From: Styela clava
Taxonomy: Eukaryota
NCBI RefSeq assembly: GCF_964204865.1
Contig: NC_135258.1
Span: forward strand, 10,478,001-10,542,000
Direction of reading: 5' to 3'
Length of the DNA stretch: 64,000 nucleotides
The notes beneath the pieces were generated by a model. The model made no database searches. It saw only the letters and a list, made by a program, of their open reading frames with translations, and was not told where the DNA came from. Positions 13,101-26,013 of this stretch are shown one piece after another. The first letter of the stretch is position 1. Each line of letters opens with the position of its first letter. The position numbers and the translations under genes were made by a program.

Positions 13101-16100
13101 TTTATTGTTGTTTATATTATTGCAATACGACGCATTCAAATTTGTGATTGTAAAAAAATGAAAGAATTTTTAAGAAATTTTCCAATGTGTGCATAATTAT
13201 ATCGAGGAACGTTTCGAAGTTTTATTGCTATAGTTTGTATATCATAATACGAATATTAATTATTATCAACATATAGTTGAAACATATAGAATATATAGTT
13301 GAAAAAGCTTTTGCTATACCTGAAAATTTATCTGGACGAGTATTTTTTACAAATGATTATTTCTCATAATTTCTATATATTAACCAAAACTATTTGCTAA
13401 TATTAGGGTTTGCCATGTAGAAATTAATATTTTAATTTTCAAACAAACACTCCTATGCTTCACGTTTTACAAAAATGAATTAAATGCCTTTTCCTATTTT
13501 CAGAAATACAATCATCATGGAAAGATATCTGGTTTACATTTGATGCACTGTGTGATCTTATTTTTGTTGTTGATATTTTCATCAAGTTCCGAACATGTTA
13601 TATAAAAAGCGGAGTTTTTGTATCTGGTAAACTAATTCTTTTTTTCCTTAGATTGTAAAACTCTTAGAATAATTTTTGTTTGAAAATATGAATATCTTTT
13701 TATTTCCACTCGCTTTTGATCTGATTAAATCATGCAGACTAAATCCTATGAACATGACGAATTCTATTTTGACTCCTATTTTTTATTTTCAGATTTGCAG
13801 CAATTGAATCGTCATCATCGTAAAGAATGGACACTTTTTCTTGATATTCTTGCAATACTTCCTACAGATTTATTATTCATTCACAGCATAAATCCATACT
13901 TTCGTCTGAATCGACTATTTAAAATATATAGAGTTGTAAGTATTTGGTTTCTGAAATAGTTTAAAAATAGAAATTTTCTTTATATTTTTTGAAACCGACG
14001 GTATTTTATATCCATATTTTGTGATAAAGTATTCATAATTTTACAGTTCACTTTTTATCAATGTGGGGAGTTGAGCACGTGGATGCCAAACTTATGGAGA
14101 ACACTCAATTTATTCCACGTATTTCTTGTGGTTATTCATTACAATGCCTGCTTTTATTACGCATTGTCGGAATCAAATGGGTTTGGTGAGTATTTGTTAC
14201 TATTTTTAAGCACATGATTCATAATGGGATGTGGCCTTGATAGCTTTAGAGATATAGAAAATATTTTAAATGTCGTAGAAAAAAATGGCGCTCTGGTTAG
14301 TGGTCACCGAAGTTCAAATTTACGTGATCCGCAGTTGAGAAAGTAAGAAAGAGAAACAAAATATTGTAACGACACAACCGGGAAAAGTATTTTAAATCCA
14401 ATAATCAGATTACAATTTACAATACGCCAGTTTCCTTTCTTCGAATTAATTATGTCTCTCCTCTTTATTTATTGAGTTCTCTTAATGTTAAATTTCCCAT
14501 TGGTTTCTAATGATCATTTCGAATAAAATTACGAATGTACTGTAATCAATTCGACGAACAATTCTCTTTTCAAGCCATTCATTTCATTACAACTATGTAT
14601 TTGTATGATATGAGTCACACACAGAAAAAATCTCGGGGATGCGTTCCTGGATGACAAATACTCATTTGAAAAGAAATATTATACTGTTGTGAACCCCCTT
14701 TCCATTCCATTTCCCTCTAAACATCGAGTAAGTTTGGGCGACACTGTACAACTGTAAAGCACACAAATATGTTATCAACATTCGTTGTTTTTCTTTTGTG
14801 ATTGGCGTTGGTTCAGTACATTACAATTTTATTTACACAGGTACCACACTGACAAGTTGGCCGTACCCTGACCCAACGTACTTTCCAGAATATGCCACAA
14901 TGTATCGCAAATATACATATTCTTTCTATTGGTGTATGGTTGGGCTTGGAATTGTAAACGATCGATACTTTCCGGAAACCAATTGGCAGTAAGTATATCC
15001 GGATCTCAAAATTTTGTAATATGCCCAGTTTTTCAAGAATAAAATGATAATGCAAAAGAATTGCACTCTGACCAATATACTGTGTCAAGATAAAAACCTG
15101 TTTTGATTGCTAGAATTCGCAGGGATCAAACTGTTATATAAACGACTATTCCTCCATTTTGTGCATGAAAATAAACCCATTAATACGTATTTGTTTTGAT
15201 GTGGGGTAATGGTAAATCTCATTTCATAAACAATATTAAAACTTAACACCTTCATTTATTTTACAGATTCGTTTTTTCAATCTACTTACATCTGTTGGGA
15301 ATGCTTTTTTTGGCAATATTTATTGGTAAGTATATGCGTTTAAAAGGAACAAACAAAATATGCTACATCTTCAAATATTTATTGTCTGTTGAAACTCTAT
15401 CAATAATGAAATTTTAACTAATCACCATTCACTGCAAAAATATAATGGATAAAATGAATACATTAGTATAGAAGCTTTGGCTCTATACCAATATGGTGCA
15501 TAAATCCTATCCTAAAGCGAATAATTTAAATAGCTAAACATAGCACCAGCTACGAAATAATTGTTTTTACTCTTGCTTTGCATCATATTGGGAAATAACA
15601 AGAAACTGTAATCAATATGTTTGCAGATTCAAGCCACATTACTTTACAAATAAGATAAATCATGTTGTATCAACGTTTCACTGAAGCATAACCATTCCCC
15701 TGAACCACATGATGTAATACATGCTTCGCATATTCCCTGAAACGCATGTGTTCAACACACTTTGCTAGAGGTGTCTTTCGTCATTGCTAATTTTGTGGTA
15801 TTCCATCATTAGTTAGCCCCATTACTTTTAAAGTAGGGGTAACTTTGCTTTTATAGGTTCAGGTACGTTTTCAGTAGGTTTATCTGAGTATTACTATTCA
15901 TAATTAAGTATTTAATATAAAAATAATCAACATTAAAACTGACTTATAATTGTATATAAAATGATTACATAAAAAAATGATCCTTTATTTGCCCACTCAA
16001 TTAAAATTGACATTGTAATAATAGAATAGTATCGACATGAAAAGTTAGCGGTTGACACGAGTCATAAAACAATTCATTACAGCACTTTTACATTTCATTT

Positions 16101-19100
16101 CAAGACTGTATACTCTTAATTTAATTTCAGTTATTATTCATTTCACATTTATAATGTTCTGTTTGTTTCAAAGGTTTCATTACCGTACTGTTATTCGGAA
16201 AAACTTCTCCAAAGTTTGAGTTTGAAAAGATAATGCTGGACACAAGAGAATATATGAAACAACGAAAACTTCCCAGGGAATTGCAAACTAGAGTTCTACG
16301 TTTTTATCAGTATTCATGGGTGAAGTAAGTACGGAAAATAAACAGCAAATAATACAATATAAACAAGTCTTATGGAATTCGGTGATTGGTGTTTAAATTG
16401 CAATTCCAGTTAATAGAAACAGCTCTTGTGTTCTTAAAAGTTTCTAATATATATGGCTTGGTATTTAGTGTTGTACAAAAATTGAATGTACACTATTTTG
16501 GATTTTCATGACAATTTACGGTATCAAAGCGATAGTTCGTAGTTTTGAAACTTCATTTGTTTTGAAACATCATCAAATCTAAAAATAATCAAATTCATTC
16601 TGTATCCTTGTTAAAACTAACTTCGATTATAATACTTCATACTGAGCAGTTTTAATGTAGTGTTTCATATGCCGATTTATACACAAACACAGGTCGAAAT
16701 TCCGTTTACAACTTTATGCTGTATTTAATAATATATACATTACTTTTTATTCATTTTTGTTTCAGTCAACAATTTCCGCATTTGGACGAGGGAAATATGC
16801 TACGATATCTTCCGGTGTCCGTTCGCCAGGAAATAGAATTACATTCCAACCTAACAGCTTTGAAACAGGTATTGTGACCTTTTGTTTTGAAAGTTACAAA
16901 CGTGACCTAAAGGGTAATCTATCAGTATTTAATTCCTTGGCAACCCCAAAACAGTGAGACTTTTCTCATATTGTCTCCCCCGCAATGTCAAGATATTACG
17001 TAAAATTTAGATTTATTTACATTGATCCTGAAGTAATTTCCCAGAAATAATATAAAGTAAATAATCAGTGATAGATAAGTGAAAGAAAATCATATTTATT
17101 ATCGAGATGATTTACGCACTACCGTACTGCAATTTATGGTTTCTCGTGTTTCGGCTTTGCGAAACCATCATAAAAAGTACTACACCACAGTATGACGTTT
17201 TGTGGCGCATTATCGGTTCAGCTGAGGTCAAGTTCACCCCTTTGATATTTAGGAAACGTGTATCGTATTTACAAAATCAACACAAATATATCAGAATAAA
17301 TTATTTGCCCCAAACGTATTCGGGTATAAAAATATTATTTGAGAAAAAATCAGACAGGTCAATAACCCCTAATAGGTGTTCTAAGGCAGCTGTTCCAATA
17401 CACTAATTGAAATAGGTGGGGCTGCGCTTAATGATGCAATTTTTATGGGGTCTGAAAGTCGGCAATTTATATGTTAAAAGTTTCTATATCATACTTCGAA
17501 GATCTCCACTAGACATCGCATCGCACATAGACGTCGCACCATAACATATAAACAATTTTTGAAATTTTAATAAGTTTTTATATATATTCTTTCCTTTGTA
17601 TGCAAATTTTTTCAAATATCATATTAATCCCGCATGGAATGTCTGCGTTATTGTACTCATCGACCACCTACAATAGTATACAAATAATGCCAAAAGTCAA
17701 TTTACATTTGCGTCATATCGATAATTATGTTTAAAACATAACATTTACAGTGAGCTGTGTCTCCTAAGATATAATCGCATTATATATTGATAAAACAGCA
17801 GACAAAGCCACTCGATTATAACAAATTTCAGTGTCAAACGTAACAGAAATATATGATAGCAGTAGTTCAATTAACACCCTGCGACATTTTTTGTATCGTT
17901 ATTGCAACTATAAATTTATTGAAATATCACCTTGTATGGTTTGTATGTTCGATTTTTAAATAGTCCATGATTATATATCAAAATAAAGTTTCGCGACTTA
18001 AGAAAATACAAAAATTACGTCATAAATTAATCACAAGGTTCAAATAGACCAGCCATAAGAAACTAGCGAAATAGCATCACATTGTTTTTGGCCGCTACCG
18101 TCGAAAATCTGTAATTTAAGTCACCCAGAAAATCCAGATCTTAAAATGGTTTACGATAAGTAAACAAAACGTTTGTGGTTACGACGAGTTTTGTTTAGGC
18201 GTCTGATGAACATCCTGCAATGACAATATTACTTAAATGACCCTTAAAAAATGTCAACAAACTGTCGAGAAAACGCTTGAAAATATCAACCAATAAATCA
18301 TAAAGAAACAGCAAACTCTTCCGATAGACATGAACAAATTTACTGGAAATACAATAATATATTTAATAATTTGAGTTTTACCGATGTGCAATTGAAAACA
18401 GTCATTCAATTTTGGAGTAATGATACTATTAATTCCTCTAAAATCCATAGCCTGTAACTATATATGACCTCAAACCAATAAAAATTACTGTAAACAGGGA
18501 TTTATTTTCAGCAGTCATGTCTTATTGATATTCCAAATACTGTGTTTGGTAAAACTATATTGAGATATGAAAACGCTCTCGGCCCCACACTGTTTTGTAA
18601 TATATTATACATTTAATTAGTATCGAGAATTTTACCAAGTATTTGCAAAATATTTTTGGGCCAATGCCTTGAAATTGCGAGAGTGTGAGACAAATTAACT
18701 CAACATTTATAGTTTGATTACCTGTAATATTCTATTAATTTGTATAATATTAAGTGAATTTCAGATTTATATGAAGTTAAAAATGCGATTGCCTATTGAT
18801 ACGTTTTCACTTTAGATTCCTAGTTTGGCGCGATGCGATTCTAACATCCTTCGAGATCTGGTGATGAGGCTGAAGAGATGCATGTACTTACCTGGACAAT
18901 TTGTTTATAAATGTGGGGAGGTTGGCACTGAGATGTATATTGTCGGCGAAGGGATATTACAAGTTGTCAGGTTGATACTTTTTCATTTTAATAAATTTCA
19001 AATTTTTACCACTATTTGAGGCTGCTTTGATAACGCAACTGCCTCGTAAGGTGAAGAATGTTTATATGAAGGTATATGTCGCATTTTAGATTCCAACATG

Positions 19101-20485
19101 TCCCAGTTATTTGTTGTTGAAGACATCTTCACAACAAAACCCGTTCCAAAATCTCGTTATAAAATAAAAACTGAATACATATTTCTGTAACAGGGAAACG
19201 GATCCTGTAATATATTCACTCAGAGAAGGCGACGTTTTTGGAGAAATTGATTTATTCAACGCGTCGACTAAAAGACGAACGGCCGACGTGGTTTCGTATG
19301 GTTACTCCGAACTGTATGTATTGTCAAGCGAAGACGTGATGGAAACCCTAAAAAAGTATCCAAAATTTATGGTAAGAACCAGTTCTCAGATTTCATATAT
19401 ATATTTTCCTAAGACTGGTTTTCATACACTCGAATCTTTTACAGAACTTGGTGCATCAGCAAGAAAAGCGCCAGAGAAGCAACATGAAAGAATACAGAGC
19501 ATATGGAGGGAAATATCAAGCTTTATCAACAGCAAGTATTCGAAGCCAAGCTGATTCAAAAATTTCTGCATCAAAAGTTCATTTTCACATGAACGGCGGT
19601 GTTCGTCGATCAGCTTCTTTACCAGGGAGCAGGTACATTTTTCAAAGTTTTCGTATGAATGAGAAACACAATTCGCTAGTACCTTGCAAAATTTACATTA
19701 TACAAAGATATGTAATAAAAACATCCCTATGTACTCACCAGGTTTACAATATCAAATCATTTTATCTCATTTGTATATATTTTCTACTCCGTGTTTAGTC
19801 CTGATAGTGGAATACCGTCAACTCCAAGCATGGGACCTTCCTACACCAGTGAATCGCCTTCGAATTTGAATCCACAACAAGAAACACTGAAATCAGAACT
19901 GACAGATAAGATAACATCGCTGTACCAGGACCACATGAAATCACTCAAGGCATCCTTGGATGGAGTTTGGGTAAATTTATTTCCTAACCACTTACTCTTT
20001 TTTCCGGCATATATATATGGCAATATATTAGTCACCATAAGCTTTGAAATATCGTCCACATGTTTACGCCCTTCTCAAATTTGTCTGCTGTGCTTTTTCA
20101 GTACCAAGAGATATCGTACCTGCACCAGAGGCTAGACGACACAGAACAAGAGCGAGACGTAAAAGCGCGGGAAATTACTCATCTTCGTCGCCAACTAACG
20201 AAAGGTATTGCACAAGATATTGCTGTCAAAAAACAGGTGAATGAACAAATTGTGATTCAGGAAGAATCCACGCTCACAGAGTCAATGCCTACGGATAATA
20301 ACAATTCTGTCGAACAATCAGTAAAAGCAGGTACTCAAAAACATGGTGATGATGCAATGCGTGTTGTTGACGAAGAGAAATCTACGTCGCCACAGAAAGT
20401 AATTCGATCTGTGAAAAGAATGGCCAGCGCTTTCGAGGCAGGGGTTCAACCTTTTGGGTCTGTATCGTCAGTTGATGACAGCTGA
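10162..20485 (+). CDS. Cyclic-nucleotide-gated cation channel subunit (CNG alpha/CNGL-like, divergent pore), 13 coding exons, about 936 aa
   Basis: Exons 10162-11029, 13504-13626, 13793-13935, 14047-14185, 14841-14988, 15267-15325, 16174-16324, 16766-16868, 18816-18970, 19194-19371, 19445-19632, 19799-19970, 20102-20485; 2811 nt in frame. Motifs: S1 FLYNIWTIPLRATY, S2 DLIFVVDIFIKFRTCY, S3 LDILAILPTDL, S4 RLNRLFKIYRV, S5 IHYNACFYY, pore helix RKYTYSFYW, C-linker EYMKQRKLPRELQTRV, CNBD GEVGTEMYIV..FGEIDL..RRTADV..GYSELYVLS, C-terminal coiled coil. Start codon less certain (an acceptor lies at 10087). Confidence 0.93.
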
Positions 20486-21761
20486 AACTGAAAGCCAGAA
20501 ACTGGATACATTTTGTTTCTTCTGCCTGCGATGAAAACAGATATGCTTACGGCAGAAAGCATAAAACAATCAATAATATTTTCAAATTTTCATATAATAT
20601 TGCATATTTACTAAATACATTCTTTATAAATTCATTGAAATAGACGTGTCATTATTTTTTCATTGTCGCAGCAGAATAGCAAGGAAGTCATAATTATGAA
20701 TGTTTATCGTAGATGACTTTATCTAAAAGTGACAGTATTAGTGGCCACAAACTATCCTGAACGTTTTTATTTAATTTCACATTCGAGAATCGAATTAAGG
20801 TTAGCATAGACAAATAGTTTGTACTTCAGAACAACTTTTGTTACAAGGTACAACAGAAACACAAGGTCATTCATGAAATTTCGTACCCTTTGTTAGAGAT
20901 GTTCTAGTCTATGATATATATATATTTTAAAAGGTTTTCAAAATTGTATGAATTTGAACAAAATCAACGGAAATATTTGCATACTACACCCCAATGGTGT
21001 CTATTTTATCACAATATGACTCAAGTTCAGAAAAAAATTTGGTTCCAACTTTTGTGGCCACTTTCCAATTTCGACTCCAGCTCTCAATTTACTACACTAC
21101 ATCATAACAAAATTTCGACATCCAAATCTTCTAGGCTGGCAAGAAATATTCTGTCTTAGTTGTAAATCTAGATTACGACTCCCATCTTATGTCTAAATTT
21201 TCAACCTTAGGCTCACAAAAGTTTAATACAATATTCTGACTTGAACGAAGATGGACTAAGGAACGCCAGTCACGATTTCAAAGAAACATCCTCTGTTGTA
21301 TTGGCTTAACACAAAATATTATACATTCATCTTTTCCTACACTATTACAATTGAAGTGAATATAATGGAATTTGCAGATTTTGTTTTATTAGCTATTTTT
21401 CTACGACAGTACATATAATATATATCTTCTAGCAGCAATTGGTACCCGGTTATTTGGTTGTCAGCGGCCATCAGTCGATAGATTATGATCGCTCATATCT
21501 TGTCGGAAGTACCAAGCAGGGCGGTTCAAAACATGCAGCATCTAACTCCGGAACTTTGCATACTTTCCAATATCTTCGAAATTAGTTGAAGTCAGACACC
21601 AACAACCTTATTAAGACAAATTGCCTCTCGCAACCTAACAGAACATGCCGATATTCCATTAGGCATTTCATACATATCAATACGACAGATATTAAGATTA
21701 AACAATTCTCAGAGAAACTTTATGAGGCAAAAGGAAAGAAAATAGCCCAACCCCTATCTGA

Positions 21762-23039
21762 TAGGGTGACCATACGTCCTCCTTCTGGAGGATTTGTGCT
21801 CCTTTTTCGTAAAAATTTTATGTCCCCCGAGGACGCTCTAAAAGGTCAAAATGTCCTCCTTTTTCCAAGGGATTAAATATTTAAAATTTATTCACGACAT
21901 ATTCAACATTTTTTGATGGGTTAAAAAAATTTAGTAAGTAAAAGTAAGTAAGCAATGCATTGATATGTCAATAAAACCTTGATAAACCTCGAATACAAAA
22001 TAGGTTAGAAATACCTTAGTTAGGTTGTTATGACAAACCAGTTATTTCGTCCTCAACACCTCATTTCTAATCTACTAAAAAATTATAGCTCAGTTTTACG
22101 AACAGGTTAAATGTAGGAAATAAGTGTATATAAATTGATATAGGTTCAAGACGTTATTAGTTTCACTAAGTAATACATTTGTGGCAACAAATATTTCATT
22201 AGAGCTTTGCTAAATTATCATCCGTACTGGACGGCCTCAAAATAACGTTTGGTCATAAGGTAGACTATGTCAATTCCTGCAAAAGTCTATAAAAAAGCCT
22301 TTTCAATCCACATTCCAATGCAGTTTAAGAAATGACTGAGCTAACAACATTTTTGAGATGTCGTATCATCTTCCCGATCTTCAAAGTGCAATTTTTATAC
22401 AACAAAAGATTATTGCTACCAGCATCATTGTGACACAACAATGACTATTTCCACGCTGCATATTGATATCTAAGGTTACACCACAATTATCATTTTCTAT
22501 AACCATTCACAAAAGTAGCTTCTCTATTGTGAAGTTCTAATTGCGCTCCTAATCCAGTAATTTCAACCGTTGAACGGGGCTCAACTGGAGCTAGCACAAT
22601 GACGTTTGAGGTTTGGCAGACACGCAAAAGTTTAAAACCACATCTCTAGGTTAAATGCATACTTGTTTATCACGTAAAAATCGTGTTGTTCTGCGATTAT
22701 CTTCAGGTCATTTCATCTTGTTTTTAGCAATTTGTTGAATTTCGATTTTAGCTGTAAATTATGTCAGTAGACCCAGTACGTTATGCCGTCGTGGCCACGG
22801 CCCATGGGCCGTAGAAGAGTCACACCCCTGTAGTACTTGCGGCTACAGTTGCTCGTTGACAAAACGAGAATGCATTATTGCATTGTCGTTACTTCGTCTA
22901 TTGTTATTTATATTTTTAATCCTAAATTATCTAGATATATAATAATATAGATATATAATGTATATCTCAGGCACATGTGAGATTTTGTTCTACCAAACGA
23001 GGTGTCCTCCTTTTCGGGTTTGGAAATATGGTCACCCTA
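21762..23039. mobile_element. Non-autonomous hAT (Blackjack-like) DNA transposon, about 1.28 kb
   Basis: Perfect 13-bp TIR TAGGGTGACCATA ... TATGGTCACCCTA; repeated subterminal GTCCTCCTT motifs at both ends; flanks share CCCTATC (imperfect TSD); no transposase ORF. Confidence 0.8.
22774..22830. mobile_element. Terminal fragment of a Charlie-type hAT MITE inside the Blackjack-like element
   Basis: Perfect palindrome ACGGCCCATGGGCCGT (22797-22812) followed by ...CACACCCCTG, resembling the GGCCCnnGGGCCG...ACCCCTG end of hAT MITEs. Confidence 0.45.
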
Positions 23040-26013
23040 CCCTATCGCGAAATCCTGCAAAAGTATGTGAGGCGCTGAAAAGTGTCGCATGCTTATACAG
23101 TACACTTGAATGTACGACTGTTTCTCAGAAGTCAGAACACTTCATTAGTCAGTTAGTCAAGAGCATCACCAAGCGGGTCATTCGTTACGGAGACTCTGAA
23201 ACTTTTGATTGAATGTTACCATTATCTTATCCATGATTTATACCTAAACACAACTACTAACTGACAAATAGCACTCAAAACCGGCTTGTGCAAAAGAAGT
23301 GTCTTAGCGGTCGCATTAATTTCAATTGTTACATCATCGTTCACTCATTGCTTCAAATCGGTCTATTTTTACGCCGAAAGTTCAATAAAGAATTTTCATT
23401 TTATAATAAAATTCTAATGCATACTATATTGAAAACAGAAACCTCACGAATAGGATTCTAATAACATTTCTGTAAATCCAGTTGATGGGGTTCTGATCAG
23501 CGATATTCATAATAGCCATAAGTTAAATAGAATTTATAGCAATCTAATCCAAAAATGGGATAACCGTAAATCATATTTTTTTTTCACTTCTATTAGTAAA
23601 ATATTTTTGACCCTGCCATAAATTCATCAATAAAAAATTAGTAATTACAATTGTTGAAAGATGGCACTGGCTGCCCGAACTATGGAAATTTAGATACACG
23701 CTATTAATAGAAATTCAATCGGTTGTGGGCGCTCGAGTGCGGTCTTAAACTACCATTGAATTTTCATTTTTTCTTTCCGTATCGTCGCTCATTCGCAATC
23801 GCCTGCTGACGGCAACGTTGTTGTCATTTCACGCTAATGTGAGCAGCGTAATTCAACTTTTGTGTCAGCTCGGTTATCCCACGCTCGGTGTTGGTTTTTC
23901 TCACCTGCGACAGCGATGTATATACGTAATTAATCGGATAAAAATAAGCGACTCTGGGCCTGAGCAAATAATTTAATATATCGTTTTGGCGATAGATTAG
24001 CTTCAAGCACGAATAAATCAATTTAAATAATCTGTCAGACGTGGCACATAAAGATATGTGTTTAATAGGCGCGGGCTATTATAGCGTTGTATTTGGTCGG
24101 TGGAGATTATATAGCTATTAGAAATTTTATTTGGGCATTTCATTTCGAATGAAAATGGGGTAGTAGAAGAAGGGTATGTACTTCATGCCTCGTATGTAGA
24201 GTTAATCCTAAACAAGTAGGTAAAATGAGTGTTCTCACTGGCGACATTTAGTACTGAATCACGAGATTTTATATACGTCAAACCTATGATAATGGATGTT
24301 TCGTGGTTTTCGTGGTCTTATCACTGAATAGAGCGAGGCGATGTAGCTTATTCAAATACTGTTTGTTAGGGCTTGGAGAATAAAATATCATTTTTACCGC
24401 GAAATTATCTGTGCGAAGAAAGGAAGAGTGTATCAGGCATGTGATTTTATTGGATATTAAACTTTCGGTGAGATTTCATAGGCGAATTGTTTTGCGATAG
24501 TTTTACTTATTCGCATTGTTGCATATTGTAGGCGTTATGTTACTTGTACTACTTTTGTTTATTACCGTATTTTTGTTTAGGGAAATGCGCTTAAAAAATT
24601 TGTAGCGTGAGATTTTTTTCGTATTCTGTGCGTCTGATAAGTGTTATTAAATTCCCTGAAATGCGGAGAAATAAAATCTTCATCGCGCAAAAACCCTGGC
24701 TGCATGTCAAATATTCACCAAAATATTCATGGTAAATTTCTTTCCAATTGTCATTAATATATACACTGGTCAGTTCTAGTGACCACAAGTACATTCCGGC
24801 TAAGTAAACTCTATGAAGTTGGGCTAAATGCACGTCGGAATTTTCAAGAAAAACAAGGACAAATACCAACATGTATACTCCTTTCGTTCCTCGAAAGATT
24901 GAAGTGCTTATATCCCGACGAACTTGAGTACGGTACGTGGGCGAAAGCGACACTTCAAAAGATTCCAAGAGGCGGCGAAGCTGATAAATAAATTGAAGTT
25001 TTAATCAATGTTTTCCTACACTTTGAGGAATCACATACACACTTAAGTGCATTTTCTAGTAATCCAATTTTTATGTAAGTGACGAATAAACCTCGCAGTT
25101 TAGCGACTATACGAGTTTATCAAGTTTGGATAGTGTAAGCCATACGATTTTATGTGATGTTACATTTATAGTGTAAATTTTGGATTCCCAATATGAAAGT
25201 TTGTTTTCAAATTGCATTAAACTCCTTGGTTGGTGTCGAATATTTCTGCGCTCCACTCACCTCCGTCTGCCTTGTTCTCACGGTTATTCAGGGTTTTCAG
25301 CTAAATACAAATGACAAACTGAATTTCTTCTGTCAGTTTGTTTATGGTTGCTTGTTTACGATACAGCAGATATGGCCATGCTCGTGTATTGCCTATATTT
25401 TGTAATATTTGCAATACAAATTTTTTTTTGACTATATTGTTTGTGTAGCATACATATATGTGCTGTTAGCTACGCCATACTATATTTAAAATACCGGGCT
25501 AAGTTTCGTATTCTAGTTAACGTTATAAACGCCTATTGGATACATTGGAAGTGTCAAATTTATATTTACGGGAGATACAAATTCCATGGTTTTTTGTAAG
25601 ATTGTTTATTACCTCGTAAATTTCCTGTTGGATTTTTATCACCTATCGACGACCCGCACACCTAACAACGTTATTTTCTTGATTGCTTTTTAAATGCGCA
25701 ATTTGTGATTTTTTTCAGGATTTGCCCCAGGCTGCTTGATTGTTGCAGCCGTTTTGTAATTTTAATAACCGCCTTAGTATCCGACCCCGTTTAAGACCGT
25801 CAAAATTCCATTGTATCAAAAGTGTATTATAATAACAATTTATATTTTAGCAAATTCTTAATTAGGATTTTAAATAGTACTCTTAGTCGCAAATCAGACG
25901 AGAACACACGGATGAGGAGGTTTTGATAGTTTCAAAAATATTTTTGATTCTGACGAAAAGGGAAATATTGCAGCACGACGTTCCTCGAAGCGCTTCAACA
26001 ACAAAGACTATAA

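Noticed and set aside
14285-14325. A-box/B-box-like words (TGGCGCTCTGG..AGTTCAAAT) as a tRNA or tRNA-derived SINE head
   Set aside because: No cloverleaf, spacing too short, no second copy recognised.
24591-24991. 125-aa minus-strand ORF upstream of agrin
   Set aside because: Non-ATG start, no domain resemblance or splice support; likely upstream regulatory or 5' UTR/intron sequence.
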